From: Gammaproteobacteria bacterium
Lineage (GTDB): Bacteria > Pseudomonadota > Gammaproteobacteria > Eutrophobiales > Eutrophobiaceae
Length of the DNA: 64,000 nt
Assembly (NCBI GenBank): GCA_965221695.1
Contig: OZ244905.1
Span: 2,944,001 to 3,008,000 of the forward strand
Direction: 5' to 3'
The notes beneath the pieces were generated by a model, which was given only the letters and a program-made list of their open reading frames with translations, ran no database searches and was not told where the DNA came from. This document shows positions 9,376 through 19,768 of this stretch, piece after piece. Every line of letters starts with the position of its first letter. Positions within the stretch are counted from its first letter, which is position 1. Both the position numbers and the translations under genes were made by a program.

Positions 9376-9576
9376 CTCAGGGAAGCTCTGAATTAATCTT
9401 TCGGGGGTTGCTTGGAAGCGCGTCTTACCGGGCTTGATCCCATATATTATTTTCCGTGATATCAGGTTATTGGTTTTGTTGATTGGCATACCGCTCCCCG
9501 GTTAACTAAAGTTATCTATGGATATATCCGTCCCAAGTGTGGCGGGTACTGCGCGAAATCAGCCTGGGGGTCATCA

Positions 9577-11742
9577 ATGAAGCTTCAGTCACATGTTTTC
9601 AGTGTCATAATTGCGGTTCTGACCTTGTTCATCTCAATGGATTCTTCTGCGGCGGTACTTGAGGAGATTATTGTTACCGCACAGAAACGGGAGCAGAACC
9701 TGCAAAACGTCGGTATCTCGATCACCGCCCTCAGCGGCGATCAGATGCGCAAATTCGAGTTCAACAACAGCACGGAGGTAGTACAGCAGATTCCGGGCGT
9801 GACGAATTTTTCCACTCAGGGCAGGGGCGCTGCGGCGTTCACCTACATAAGAGGCATCGGGCAGAATGACTTCGGTGATGCGCACGAGTCGCCCGTGGTC
9901 GGATATAACGATGAGTTTTACCTGTTACCGCAGACCGCAATCGATTTCGGGTTGTTTGACCTGGACAGGGTGGAAGTCTTGCGCGGCCCGCAAGGGACCT
10001 TGTTCGGGCGCAATACCACGGGCGGATTGATGCATTATGTGACCAGTAAACCAACCGACGAATTCAACGGTTTTCTTGACGCCACTTATGCTTCCTATGA
10101 CGAAGTCGTCGTGGAAGGCGCGATCGGCGGCCCGCTCGGCGAAAACGTGTCGGCGCGGGTTGCCGGACTGTTTCACGAGGCCGATGGATATATCAAGAAC
10201 AGAGGGCCGTTTCCGGACGGTTCCGATGCCGGCGCCTGGGCGCTACGCGGCCAACTTGCGTTTGAACCGACTGATACGTTCAAGCTTCTGGCCAAGGTTC
10301 AATACGGGGAGAGAGACGTGATACCCCTCTACACGGATCATGAAATTGTCTCATTCGACCCGGCTACCGGACTTGCCTCCCTGAATCCAGAGGGGGTTGA
10401 TATTCTTGGGTATTCCGAAAGCCAGCGCGGTGTCGAGGAGCCAAGAGAAGTCTGGACTGACAACCCGCAAGACCTGGAATCCGAGTCGTTTCATTCTCTG
10501 TTACGCGCCGAATGGGACCTCGGGGCGGTGACGTTGACCTCACTCACAGGCTACCTGTACCTGACCCGTGACAACGTGGAGGACTGTGACGGCTCCATCA
10601 ATGATCTCTGTACGGCTGCGTTTCCCTATGACAACGAACATATTACCCAGGAGCTGAGGATTGCGGGGGAAACCGGGCAGTTCAGGTGGACCACCGGGGT
10701 TTATTATTTATACCAGGACGCAGAGGCTCATCCATCTGCTTCGTTGATCGGAGGCGTAGTGACGTTTGATGCGCCATGGGAACTGGAAACGGAGTCCATC
10801 TCGGTATTCGGGCAAGCCGAGATCAGTCTGCATGAAGACTGGACGCTCATCGGTGGCGTGCGTTACACGCATGATGAAAAGAACTTTGAAACGGAAAACC
10901 GCACCAGCGGCGCATTCGCCAACGCGGCAGCCAATTTTACTCAAGAAGCCGTGGGCGACCTGACCAAACGCACAGAAGACCTGGTCTCCGCAAAGATTGA
11001 GTTGGACTGGCGCCCGACGGACGACCTGCTGGTTTACGGGTCTGTGTCCCGCGGCACCAAGGCAGGGGGCTTCAATAACGGGTTTTACAGTATTCCGACT
11101 CCCGATCAGGTGCCGTATGCGGATGAGACCCTGTACGCTTTTGAAATTGGCATCAAGAATACGTTCTATGATGGCCGGGCGCGTTTCAATGCCGCGGCAT
11201 TTTATTACGACTACTCGGATTTTCACACCTATAACTGGAACGGTCTCGGCGGGGCGATTTCGAATTCAGACGCATCATCCTTCGGCGGCGAGATTGAGTT
11301 CAGCGTGACTCCCGTCGAGCGCCTGAATATTTCCGTTGGTATGGCATTGCTCGATTCGGAAATCGAGGATGTGTCAAATGGCGCGATCATACGCGACGTT
11401 GAGATGTCTTTCGCGCCAGCTTTCGATATCACCGGCCTGGTGAGCTATAACTGGCCGGTAGGAAATGGTGAACTGGAGGCTCAATGGAATTTCAATTACA
11501 TGGATAACAGGTACAACAACAACTATAACGAGCCTGCATCTGACCTTGGAGAGAGTTTCGTTACCAATGCGAGGCTTTCCTACCTGACGGCAAACCAGGA
11601 TTGGGAAATCAGTTTCTTTGTGAAAAACATCACGGATGAGACCAACCTGATCAAGATTTTCGTATTCCCGTTCAATTACCGGCAGGCCGTGTATGATCCG
11701 CCGCGCTGGTTCGGAGGGTCGATACGCAGAAACTGGAATTAG
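9577..11742 (+). CDS. TonB-dependent receptor
   Basis: Signal peptide, EEIIVTAQKREQ TonB-box region, RVEVLRGPQGTLFGRN plug motif. Confidence 0.93.
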   Translation: MKLQSHVFSVIIAVLTLFISMDSSAAVLEEIIVTAQKREQNLQNVGISITALSGDQMRKFEFNNSTEVVQQIPGVTNFSTQGRGAAAFTYIRGIGQNDFGDAHESPVVGYNDEFYLLPQTAIDFGLFDLDRVEVLRGPQGTLFGRNTTGGLMHYVTSKPTDEFNGFLDATYASYDEVVVEGAIGGPLGENVSARVAGLFHEADGYIKNRGPFPDGSDAGAWALRGQLAFEPTDTFKLLAKVQYGERDVIPLYTDHEIVSFDPATGLASLNPEGVDILGYSESQRGVEEPREVWTDNPQDLESESFHSLLRAEWDLGAVTLTSLTGYLYLTRDNVEDCDGSINDLCTAAFPYDNEHITQELRIAGETGQFRWTTGVYYLYQDAEAHPSASLIGGVVTFDAPWELETESISVFGQAEISLHEDWTLIGGVRYTHDEKNFETENRTSGAFANAAANFTQEAVGDLTKRTEDLVSAKIELDWRPTDDLLVYGSVSRGTKAGGFNNGFYSIPTPDQVPYADETLYAFEIGIKNTFYDGRARFNAAAFYYDYSDFHTYNWNGLGGAISNSDASSFGGEIEFSVTPVERLNISVGMALLDSEIEDVSNGAIIRDVEMSFAPAFDITGLVSYNWPVGNGELEAQWNFNYMDNRYNNNYNEPASDLGESFVTNARLSYLTANQDWEISFFVKNITDETNLIKIFVFPFNYRQAVYDPPRWFGGSIRRNWN

Positions 11743-11775
11743 CCAAGCGCGGCATCAGAATCCGTTGGTGGCGGC

Positions 11776-11827
11776 CTGGGATCGCAAGCGTGCCGCCTGC
11801 CAGCGGGCAAGACGCCCGTACTCCCAG
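11776..11827. repeat. REP-like doublet, family B, between convergent genes
   Basis: ctgggatcgcaagcgtgccgcctgc...gcgggcaagacgcccgtactcccag inverted pair. Confidence 0.6.
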
Positions 11828-11873
11828 GGGGATGCCTGCGCTTCCACTTCCGGGGGGTTAAGCTGGAGCTATC

Positions 11874-13649
11874 TTAGCTGCTGCGCAATGTGGCGGTTTC
11901 TGCTGTATCGATAATGCCTTGTTCATTAACCTCGACCCGGTATGTCTCCCGCGCGCGTTGCGGGGATATCCAGCCGCGCTGCACGTCGCGCGCGATCCGG
12001 TCCGGATCACGCGTTCGGGGTGGGCCATAACCGGCGCCGCCGCTGCATATCGAGACGACGCGCTCCCCGGGTTTCACGGTAACCTGTTCATAGGTGCCGA
12101 GCGGCTTTGACAGTTCCCCGTTGAGGTCGCGAACATATTGGCGCGCCAATGAACCGTTTTCGCCCCCTTGAACGCCAATGGCCTCATGATTCGTGCCTTC
12201 ACTTAACCACACCGCGGTCAAATCACCGTCCAATGGACCAAACTCCACCTGCGCGCTCGGCGCTCCACAATAGCGTCCGGCGCCTTCGCTGTCTTGGACG
12301 ATGCGTTCGGAATGGATCAGTACCGGGTATTTCATTTCCAGTATCTCGATGCTGTCCCGGCGCAGGAAGCCGGCTGCGCCAAGGCCGAGGATAGTCAACC
12401 AACCGTCCGCGACGGGACCGGCAGCGCCGCCGGTGAAACCGAGCCAGAGTTGGTTGACGAAAGGTCCGCGTCCGGGGCGGTTGTCGATGCCGGATATCAC
12501 CGCCGTGGAAGCCGGCGAAGCCTTGCCGGTCGCCGCCATGCCGTGGCCATCGCCCAGTCCGGCAATGGCGCGTACCACGCAGTTGGCGAGCAATTCGGAG
12601 AGGTTGGTCGTCGCCACCGAGCAACTGTACGGGTGTACCGGAATACCCACCACACAGTTCTCGCGTAAGCGCACGCGTAGGCGGCGAAAACTGCCGGCAT
12701 TTGACGGAACCACGGAGCCAAGCCCGGTGAACACGCCCATCATTGCCGCGGTACGCGCGGTCGCTTCGGTAAGATTCAGGCCGCACGGCTGGCAATCCGG
12801 GTTATCGGTCAGGTCAACCTCAATGAGCGCCGCATCACGATCGACCTTGACGCGTGCGTTCACTTCAATCCCATCGGGTAGCGCTCCGGGTATCGGATCA
12901 TGCCAGGCTGATGTCCTGACCTCGCCTGATGGCAGGCGTCTGACAGCATCAATCATCATGCGTTCGCTGTAATCGAACCATTCGCGGGGATATGCGGCCA
13001 GCGCTTCCCCGTCCATCTCCAGCAACAGGTCGAGAAGTTTTCGCTCGCCGATCCTGGCAGCGCCGAGCAAGGCCAGGAAGTCGCCATGCCATAGTTCGGG
13101 CACGCGAATCCGGACCTGGGCCATGCGCAGCACATCCTCGCGGTCCTGATAGTCTTCTTGTACTTTTACACATGGAAAAATGAGAGCGCCCTCTTCGTAC
13201 ACATCCCTGGCGGCTGCGGAATAAGTCGTGGGCACCGAATTTCCGCAATCGGCTAAATGAGCTTTGGCGATAACGGTGAACCTGTGCCGGCCGGAGTCAT
13301 CCACGACGGGAACGAGTATGGTCCAGTCGGCGGCATGTGAATTTCCGTGGTAGGGCGAGTTGTGCAGGAAAGCATCGCCGCGCCGAGGTTCAGGGTTGAA
13401 GCGCACCATCCATTGCGCCATCAGGTCCGGGCCACTCATCACATGGATCGGCAGGCTCTCGGCCATGGCCAGCATCTCGTGTTCGGCAGTGAGGATACAG
13501 CAGGAAAAATCCCGCGCGGTGTTGAGGATGGCAGAACGGGCGGTACGCAATAAGGTATTGGTCATCGCCCGCACAATTCCGTCGAAACGGTTGTTCAACA
13601 GTGCAAGCTTGTGCCCGTCCAGCGTGTGTGTGTTTGCGTTGTGTTTCAT
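11874..13649 (-). CDS. Hydantoinase B / oxoprolinase family subunit
   Basis: ARDFSC, NSPYHGNSHAAD, AHLADCG, YEEG, DSEGAG and GGAGYG motifs. Confidence 0.9.
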   Translation of the reverse strand: MKHNANTHTLDGHKLALLNNRFDGIVRAMTNTLLRTARSAILNTARDFSCCILTAEHEMLAMAESLPIHVMSGPDLMAQWMVRFNPEPRRGDAFLHNSPYHGNSHAADWTILVPVVDDSGRHRFTVIAKAHLADCGNSVPTTYSAAARDVYEEGALIFPCVKVQEDYQDREDVLRMAQVRIRVPELWHGDFLALLGAARIGERKLLDLLLEMDGEALAAYPREWFDYSERMMIDAVRRLPSGEVRTSAWHDPIPGALPDGIEVNARVKVDRDAALIEVDLTDNPDCQPCGLNLTEATARTAAMMGVFTGLGSVVPSNAGSFRRLRVRLRENCVVGIPVHPYSCSVATTNLSELLANCVVRAIAGLGDGHGMAATGKASPASTAVISGIDNRPGRGPFVNQLWLGFTGGAAGPVADGWLTILGLGAAGFLRRDSIEILEMKYPVLIHSERIVQDSEGAGRYCGAPSAQVEFGPLDGDLTAVWLSEGTNHEAIGVQGGENGSLARQYVRDLNGELSKPLGTYEQVTVKPGERVVSICSGGAGYGPPRTRDPDRIARDVQRGWISPQRARETYRVEVNEQGIIDTAETATLRSS

Positions 13650-13652
13650 GAT

Positions 13653-15743
13653 TCAATTCCCTCGCGGGTTGACCAGCAAGGAGTCGTTGGCGCTGAGTGC
13701 AACTTCAGATCCGGAATCGACAACGAGCGTGGTCACCGGTGATTCGACCAGTAACGGGCCCCCATAGCGTCGTCCGATTTCCAGGTTGCGCGCTTGATAG
13801 ACTGGGGTATCGACTGTTCCCAGCTCCGGGAAATATGCCTTACGCGTGCCGTCTGCTCTACTCCTTCCCGGAGCCGAAGGCGGTTGTATCTTATCCGGAT
13901 CCTGCAGAGAGCAACTGACCCGCGCCACCCAAGTCAATACTTCCACATCCGAAGCCGTGTCGCGTACCGCGAACAGCGCGTCATGCGTGTCGTGAAAGCT
14001 GTCTACCAGGGCGGCGACATCCGCATCGGACCTGAATTCGGCGCGCGCCAGGGGCACTTCAATTTCCCATACCTGTTCCTGGTAGCGCGCTTCCACAGAG
14101 AAATTGATCTCGGAACGGATCGAACCGGCGCCGGGACCGTTACAGAAATTGCTGCACTGCTTCTGGAGACCGGCAAGCACCGTGTTTGCGCGTTTGCGGT
14201 CGAAGACCCGGGTGGACATGAGTTCGGTTGCGGTGAAGGTGGCGCGCAGGTCCGACAACAACGCGCCGGTTGCGCTGAGCGCGGCGGACGCACTAGGTAT
14301 CAGCGCCGGCCAGCAACCAAGACGGTGGGCGATGCCGGCGCAGTACAGTCCGCCGCCGCCACCTCCAACGATTAGTAGGCCCTGGCGCGGGTCTATCCCC
14401 TTGTTCAGGGTAATTTCTTCGATCGCAGTGACCATTCGCTCCGTTGCCAGGGTCAGAATCGCAGAAGCGGCCTCGTTAAGGTCTAGCCCCAGGGGCTTGG
14501 CGACATGTCGCTGAATCACATCGGTAGCCGGTTCTACGGCAACATCGATCTCACCGCCCAGGAAATAGTCGGGGTCTATGTAACCCAACGCCAGGCAGGC
14601 ATCGGTTACCGTTGGACGCTCACCACCACGCTGGTAGCAAGCCGGGCCGGGATCCGCCCCGGCGCTGATTGGACCGACATGAAGCATGCCGCCTGAATCG
14701 ACCCAGGCTATGCTACCTCCACCGGCGCCGACGCTGCGCACATCCACAGACGGGAAGCCGGTAATATAGCCGGCAGTCTGGTCACCAACCATGGTTTCGC
14801 GTGTGGTCGGGATCTCGCCACCACGCAACACGCTGACATCAAACGTGGTGCCGCCGGCGTCGGTGACTATGGCGGTCATCGCGCCGCCATCCAGCGCAGC
14901 GAAATGCCGGCCGGCCACCGGCGCCCCGGCCGGGCCCGAGCCTATCGAGTGTATCGGGGTTTCAGCGACATGTTCGGCGTCCAACACGCCGCCGGATGAA
15001 GTCATGATCAGCAATCGCCCATGGAAGCCGCTTGACTGAAGCTTCTGTTTGAGATGGCGGAAAAAACGGCTCATCAACGGCTTCAGTGAGGCGTCGATGG
15101 ATGTCGATGAGGCGCGTCTGAACTCGCGTACCGACGGGTTGAGGCGGTTCGAAAGAGTGTAGGGCACGCCGGGTAGTTCCTGCTCCAGTAACTCGCCGAT
15201 GCGGCTTTCATGATTATTGTTGATCATCGACCAGAGCAGGCATACGGCAACTGCGTCCACTTTCGCCGCGCGTAATTGTGCCATGACCTCCATACTCTGT
15301 TTCTCATCCAGCGCGGTGAGTACCTCTCCTGATGAGGAAAGGCGCTCGCGGATCTCAAACGTCAACGATCTTGGAATGTAAGGATCCGGGAACTCCTGGC
15401 TGTAGTCAAACAGGGCGCTTCGCCCGCCGCCCTCGCGTAATAACAGGATATCCGGATGGCCCTCGGTGACAAGCAATGCAGTGCGAGCGGCGCTGCCAGT
15501 GATGATGGAGTTGGTTGCCAGGGTCGTGCCGAATACGAACAGGTCGCTTCTCCCCAGCAATTCCGCTATGGAGGAACCGAAGTCAGTTGCCGCCGCGCCC
15601 AGTGTATCGAACAGGCCGATAACAGGATCGTGTGGCGTGGTGGGACGCTTGTACAAACGGGCCGCGCCATCGGCGCTGTTGACGATAAGGTCAGTAAACG
15701 TGCCGCCGGTGTCTGCTGCGAATGTCAGACGTGGTTCGTTCAT
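13653..15743 (-). CDS. Hydantoinase A / oxoprolinase family subunit (ATP-binding)
   Basis: DTGGTFTD, SGPAG, DAGGTTFD, GAGGGS, SAGADPGPACY and PTVTDA motifs. Confidence 0.92.
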   Translation of the reverse strand: MNEPRLTFAADTGGTFTDLIVNSADGAARLYKRPTTPHDPVIGLFDTLGAAATDFGSSIAELLGRSDLFVFGTTLATNSIITGSAARTALLVTEGHPDILLLREGGGRSALFDYSQEFPDPYIPRSLTFEIRERLSSSGEVLTALDEKQSMEVMAQLRAAKVDAVAVCLLWSMINNNHESRIGELLEQELPGVPYTLSNRLNPSVREFRRASSTSIDASLKPLMSRFFRHLKQKLQSSGFHGRLLIMTSSGGVLDAEHVAETPIHSIGSGPAGAPVAGRHFAALDGGAMTAIVTDAGGTTFDVSVLRGGEIPTTRETMVGDQTAGYITGFPSVDVRSVGAGGGSIAWVDSGGMLHVGPISAGADPGPACYQRGGERPTVTDACLALGYIDPDYFLGGEIDVAVEPATDVIQRHVAKPLGLDLNEAASAILTLATERMVTAIEEITLNKGIDPRQGLLIVGGGGGGLYCAGIAHRLGCWPALIPSASAALSATGALLSDLRATFTATELMSTRVFDRKRANTVLAGLQKQCSNFCNGPGAGSIRSEINFSVEARYQEQVWEIEVPLARAEFRSDADVAALVDSFHDTHDALFAVRDTASDVEVLTWVARVSCSLQDPDKIQPPSAPGRSRADGTRKAYFPELGTVDTPVYQARNLEIGRRYGGPLLVESPVTTLVVDSGSEVALSANDSLLVNPRGN

Positions 15744-15747
15744 AGCA

Positions 15748-16473
15748 TCACAACTCGGCCTGGTGACATAGATGCAGTTCGGGTATGACGGTATCCGGAC
15801 CCTGGCGCAGGCAGAAGGCGACCGCGCGCGCCACCGCGTCGGGATTCAGCCAGCCGCGCTCAGGATCCCATTGCTCTGACTCTCTTGCCATCGGCGTTTC
15901 CGCGCGTCCCGGTGTGATCGCGGTGACCCTGATTGAGGTGTTCTTCAGATCCTGGGCCGTGGAATGGGCAAGACCCAGGATGCCCCACTTACTGGCGCTG
16001 TAGGCGCAACTGTGCAGAGCGCCGCGCCTTCCCGCAATGGAGGAGATGAAGATCAGTCGGCCCTCATCATGCTCCAGCATGGTTTGCCGCAGCGTTTCCC
16101 GGGCGCAAAGAAATTCGCCGCGCAGGTTGACGGTCATGATTCTGTCCCAGGTTTCTGCGCTGGTCTCCCATACTGGCGCTACCATCCGGATACCGGCGTT
16201 GTTCACCAGTGCGTGAATGCGGCCGAATGTTGCCACCGTTTGTCCGACGGCGTCGACCACATCCTGCTCAGAGGCGACATTTGCGCGCAATGGCAGAGTT
16301 GTCACGCCGTGCCGGTTTTCCAGCTCTTCCAGCGCTGCCGCCAGTTCTTCATTGCGGGTGTCCAGGCCCGCAATTGTCATTCCTGCGCGCGCAAGTTCTG
16401 CCGCGATATGCAGGCCGAGACCGCGTGCGGCGCCGGTGATCAGCGCGACTTGTCCAGTCAGATCGACCATCAC
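15748..16473 (-). CDS. Short-chain dehydrogenase/reductase
   Basis: TGAARGLG, NNAG and YSASK motifs. Confidence 0.9.
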   Translation of the reverse strand: MMVDLTGQVALITGAARGLGLHIAAELARAGMTIAGLDTRNEELAAALEELENRHGVTTLPLRANVASEQDVVDAVGQTVATFGRIHALVNNAGIRMVAPVWETSAETWDRIMTVNLRGEFLCARETLRQTMLEHDEGRLIFISSIAGRRGALHSCAYSASKWGILGLAHSTAQDLKNTSIRVTAITPGRAETPMARESEQWDPERGWLNPDAVARAVAFCLRQGPDTVIPELHLCHQAEL

Positions 16474-16811
16474 GGCAACCCCAGGTCGGAGAGCGGGCGA
16501 CCCATGCGCACATCAACCTTAATATATTTAAAGAGAGGTTGCTCACCATACCGGAACTGATCGACGACTTCAGTCATGACCTCATGGTTGGGCGCATCAC
16601 ACATAACATAAAATGTCCACGGATAGCCAAATGTTGGTCCAATCTGAATTTGGTCGTCGTCCATTGATGAGAGCACTTCTATACCGTAGCGCTCCTTCCA
16701 TCCGCCGAACACTTCCCGACATTTGTCGAACACAGACCTGCGTTCATCGGCGGTGGCCTCAAAGAATGCCGGCTGTACCCCGGCGCATACCAGTACTCGT
16801 ATCATTGCCAT
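16470..16811 (-). CDS. IacB-like small protein (indole-3-acetate catabolism family)
   Basis: RVL.C.G....FF.A, VL..MDDDQ...GP..GYPWT.Y...D.P and L..Y.KV..R.GR.L match the IacB pattern as recalled. Confidence 0.7.
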   Translation of the reverse strand: MAMIRVLVCAGVQPAFFEATADERRSVFDKCREVFGGWKERYGIEVLSSMDDDQIQIGPTFGYPWTFYVMCDAPNHEVMTEVVDQFRYGEQPLFKYIKVDVRMGRPLSDLGLP

Positions 16812-16843
16812 TCCCCATCATCAGGTTCGTTCAAATAATCGGG

Positions 16844-17125
16844 TCAATACCGATAAGCGATTATCAATGCAATCACAGTGACGCTGATTATGGCGCTCAG
16901 CGTCATGCAGATCATCAATACGGCGCTGCGTTTGAAATAGCCCTCCGCGGCGAAAGCGGCTTGTACCGCCGCGTAAATGATGAACATCTGGATTGCCAGT
17001 CCCTCGGTCACCTGGGTCTGTATCAGTCTGATCAACTGCGGAAGCATTGCCGACACATTCACTATTCCCATAGTCCAGATGATGATCGGCCAGTGTATCC
17101 GTTTTGCAAACTCTTCTCGTGTCAT
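16844..17125 (-). CDS. SemiSWEET / PQ-loop small membrane transporter-like protein
   Basis: 93 aa, three hydrophobic helices, LPQLIRLIQT...GL PQ-loop motif. Confidence 0.65.
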   Translation of the reverse strand: MTREEFAKRIHWPIIIWTMGIVNVSAMLPQLIRLIQTQVTEGLAIQMFIIYAAVQAAFAAEGYFKRSAVLMICMTLSAIISVTVIALIIAYRY

Positions 17126-18717
17126 GTTCTGCCTCCTCTCAAGTTTGTAAGGTCACGATCCCAAGTCGTCGGGCTTACTCCCCACTCCCTGAGCATATAC
17201 TTTTTTACTTTTCCATTCTCGGTCATTGGCAGTTGCTGCACGAATTCCAGGTAACGCGGAATGGCAAACCGGGCAATCTTGTCATTAAGGAACCGGATTA
17301 CCATGTCCGGTTCCAACCTGCGGCCGTCACGCGTAACGAGGAATGCCATGACGTCTTCCTCGCCCACTTCCGCAGGGACACCGACAACGGCGGCATTCTC
17401 TACATCCGGGTGGGACAGCATCGCCTGTTCGACTTCCCAGGAGGAGATATTTTCGCCGCGCCGCCTGATGGCGTCTTTGATGCGGTCGAGATAGTGGTAA
17501 AGACCCTGTTCGTCTTGCATCACCCGGTCCCCGGTATGGAACCAGAGATTGCGCCAGGCGGATACTGTTGCGTCGGGATTGCCAAAATAGCCATTGGCCA
17601 TGCTGAACGGTTCGGTAGCGCGAACCAGCAATTCTCCAGGCGTGCCGGCAGGAACTTCAGAGTCGTTTTCATCGACTATGCGCGCCTCGAAACCGGGGAC
17701 AACACGACCCATGGTCCCAGGCGCATAGCCGCCTACCGTGTTCGACATGACCAGGTTAGTCTCGGTCGAACCGTAACCATCAATGCAGCGAACGCCAAAG
17801 CGTTGCCGGAATTGTTCCACATGTTCCGCCGGTGTTGCCGGCGACAAGCAGACGCGTATCTGATGCGCCTGGTCTGCAGGTTCGGGCGCTTGTTTGAGCA
17901 GGATGTGCGCCATGGCTCCCAGCAGATAGGTGACCGTCGCGTCTGCTTGTCTTGCCTGGATCCAGAACCTGGAAGCGGAGAACCTCCGCTCAAACGCGTA
18001 AGTCGCGCCGGCCAACAGCGCTTGCCAGATCGTATTCAGGGCATTGGTATGGAAGAACGGCAAGGTAGTGAACAAAACATCATCTGAAGTGACCTCCAAG
18101 GCTTCGCCTGTCAGCGCGCCCCACCAGAAGAACTGAGCATGAGGGCAGTTGACGCCCTTGGATGGGCCGCTGGTGCCTGAAGTAAACAGGATTGCCAGCG
18201 TGTCTCCGGGTCGCGCTGCATGGGCGGCAAGAGAAGAGCTATGCACTGGCGCGGGGCCAGCCTTCAGGCTATGTTGCGTGCCCGCGATGCTGGCGTAATC
18301 GGCAATCCGAACCTCTGATGACGGTACAATTTCCGGGTCAGCCGGGTACGCAAGCAGTTCCTGTTCGGTGATGATGAGCGCAGGGTCAACCAGGGACAGG
18401 GCGTGGCGAAGCTGTGCGCCACGAAACGCGGTATTGACAGGCGCCAGAACTGCGCCCAGCCAGGCTGCGCCGAACCAAAGCTCGATAAAATCCGTACTGT
18501 TCGACATGAACGCGACGATCCGGTCGCCGGCCTTTATCCCGGCAGCCGCTAGCTGTCCCGCGCAGCGCGCAGCGACTTCCGGCGCCTCGGCATAGGTGAT
18601 TGAACGAGAGGTAGAAGCAATCAACAGCTTGCTCTTGTAACGGACTGACTGGCGCTTGAGGAGCTCGGGCATTGTCCGACTCGCGTAGGGAAATGCTCTG
18701 GCCTCTTGAATGCTCAA
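17122..18717 (-). CDS. ATP-dependent acyl-CoA ligase (CaiC-like)
   Basis: FTSGTSGPSKG, GYGSTE, WFHTGD, DRIKDAIRRRGENISSWEVE and P.TENGKV.K motifs. Confidence 0.92.
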   Translation of the reverse strand: MSIQEARAFPYASRTMPELLKRQSVRYKSKLLIASTSRSITYAEAPEVAARCAGQLAAAGIKAGDRIVAFMSNSTDFIELWFGAAWLGAVLAPVNTAFRGAQLRHALSLVDPALIITEQELLAYPADPEIVPSSEVRIADYASIAGTQHSLKAGPAPVHSSSLAAHAARPGDTLAILFTSGTSGPSKGVNCPHAQFFWWGALTGEALEVTSDDVLFTTLPFFHTNALNTIWQALLAGATYAFERRFSASRFWIQARQADATVTYLLGAMAHILLKQAPEPADQAHQIRVCLSPATPAEHVEQFRQRFGVRCIDGYGSTETNLVMSNTVGGYAPGTMGRVVPGFEARIVDENDSEVPAGTPGELLVRATEPFSMANGYFGNPDATVSAWRNLWFHTGDRVMQDEQGLYHYLDRIKDAIRRRGENISSWEVEQAMLSHPDVENAAVVGVPAEVGEEDVMAFLVTRDGRRLEPDMVIRFLNDKIARFAIPRYLEFVQQLPMTENGKVKKYMLREWGVSPTTWDRDLTNLRGGRT

Positions 18718-18779
18718 ACAATCTGCTCCTCATTGCAGTGAGTTCTTAGGAAACTAACAATCATGAGGACGACATTCTA

Positions 18780-18794
18780 ATCATAATTAATGAT
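18780..18794. promoter_or_regulatory. Putative LysR binding site (ATC-N9-GAT)
   Basis: Near-palindrome ATCataattaatGAT ~63 bp upstream of the CoA-ligase start, next to a LysR gene. Confidence 0.5.
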
Positions 18795-18856
18795 ATTGAA
18801 TCATCATGAAAAACTATCTTATAACAAGACATTCCGTTAATCATGCTCTCCCCGTA

Positions 18857-19768
18857 TCAGACGCTGTGCGCCAGTTTTTTTAGCAGGTTGCGGAACCATG
18901 CGTGCCCGGCATCGTCATCCAGGTGTTTATGCCACATCTGATAGACAGGGACTGGGTGTGAAAACACAGGGTTGGGGCAGATCGCGAGGTCCATTTGCTT
19001 AGTGTAGAAATTTGCCAGTCGCTCAGGCAAGCAGGCTACCAGAGCGGTGTTGGCTACTATGCCGGGCATTGCCAACAGGTGCGACACCTCGGTAACCACT
19101 TTGCGCTCCAGCCCTTGTTTCTCAAGTTCGCGTTCTATCATTGGGATATGTGTGCGCGTGGGCCGCAACGCAACATGTTCCAGTTCCAGAAAGTCTTCTA
19201 TGGATAAGCCTCCTTTCACTTTCGGGTGCCCAGTACGGGCCACACAATAACTGCGGTCCTCGAAGGCCAGCTCCACATGGAATTGCGGGTCGTCAATTCT
19301 GACCCAGTCCCAAACGAGGTCAACCGTTCCGGATCTCATTTCAGGTGTCAGCGTTGCGCCAGGTTCAGGCAGGCAGATGACCTCCACACCGGGTGCGTTG
19401 ACGTTCAGTTCGCTGATGAGATATGGCAGAAAGTGCAACTCACCGTAATCAGTCAATGCCACGGTAAATTGGCGATGCAGGGACTCCGGACGAAACTCCA
19501 AATCGTCTTCCAACGTAGCGTCTACCAGTTTCAATGATTCCCGGATGGGCGCAGCAATTTCCAGGGCTTTTGCAGTGGGCGCAACACCCTTGGGTGTGCG
19601 TATGAATAACTCATCGCTGTACAGCGCGCGCAAACTGCCCAGGGCGTTGCTTATCGCCGGCTGCGAAACGCATAACCTTTCCGCTGCCCGTGTGATATTG
19701 CGCTCTCTCATCACCGCATCAAACACCTTGAGTAGGTTAAGGTTTACATTGCGGATACTGACTGACAT
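18857..19768 (-). CDS. LysR family regulator (NodD/LeuO-like)
   Basis: NLNLLKVFDAVMRERNITRAAERLCVSQPAISNAL HTH; C-terminal WH...D.GH.WFR. Start placed at MSVSIRN. Confidence 0.93.
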   Translation of the reverse strand: MSVSIRNVNLNLLKVFDAVMRERNITRAAERLCVSQPAISNALGSLRALYSDELFIRTPKGVAPTAKALEIAAPIRESLKLVDATLEDDLEFRPESLHRQFTVALTDYGELHFLPYLISELNVNAPGVEVICLPEPGATLTPEMRSGTVDLVWDWVRIDDPQFHVELAFEDRSYCVARTGHPKVKGGLSIEDFLELEHVALRPTRTHIPMIERELEKQGLERKVVTEVSHLLAMPGIVANTALVACLPERLANFYTKQMDLAICPNPVFSHPVPVYQMWHKHLDDDAGHAWFRNLLKKLAHSV

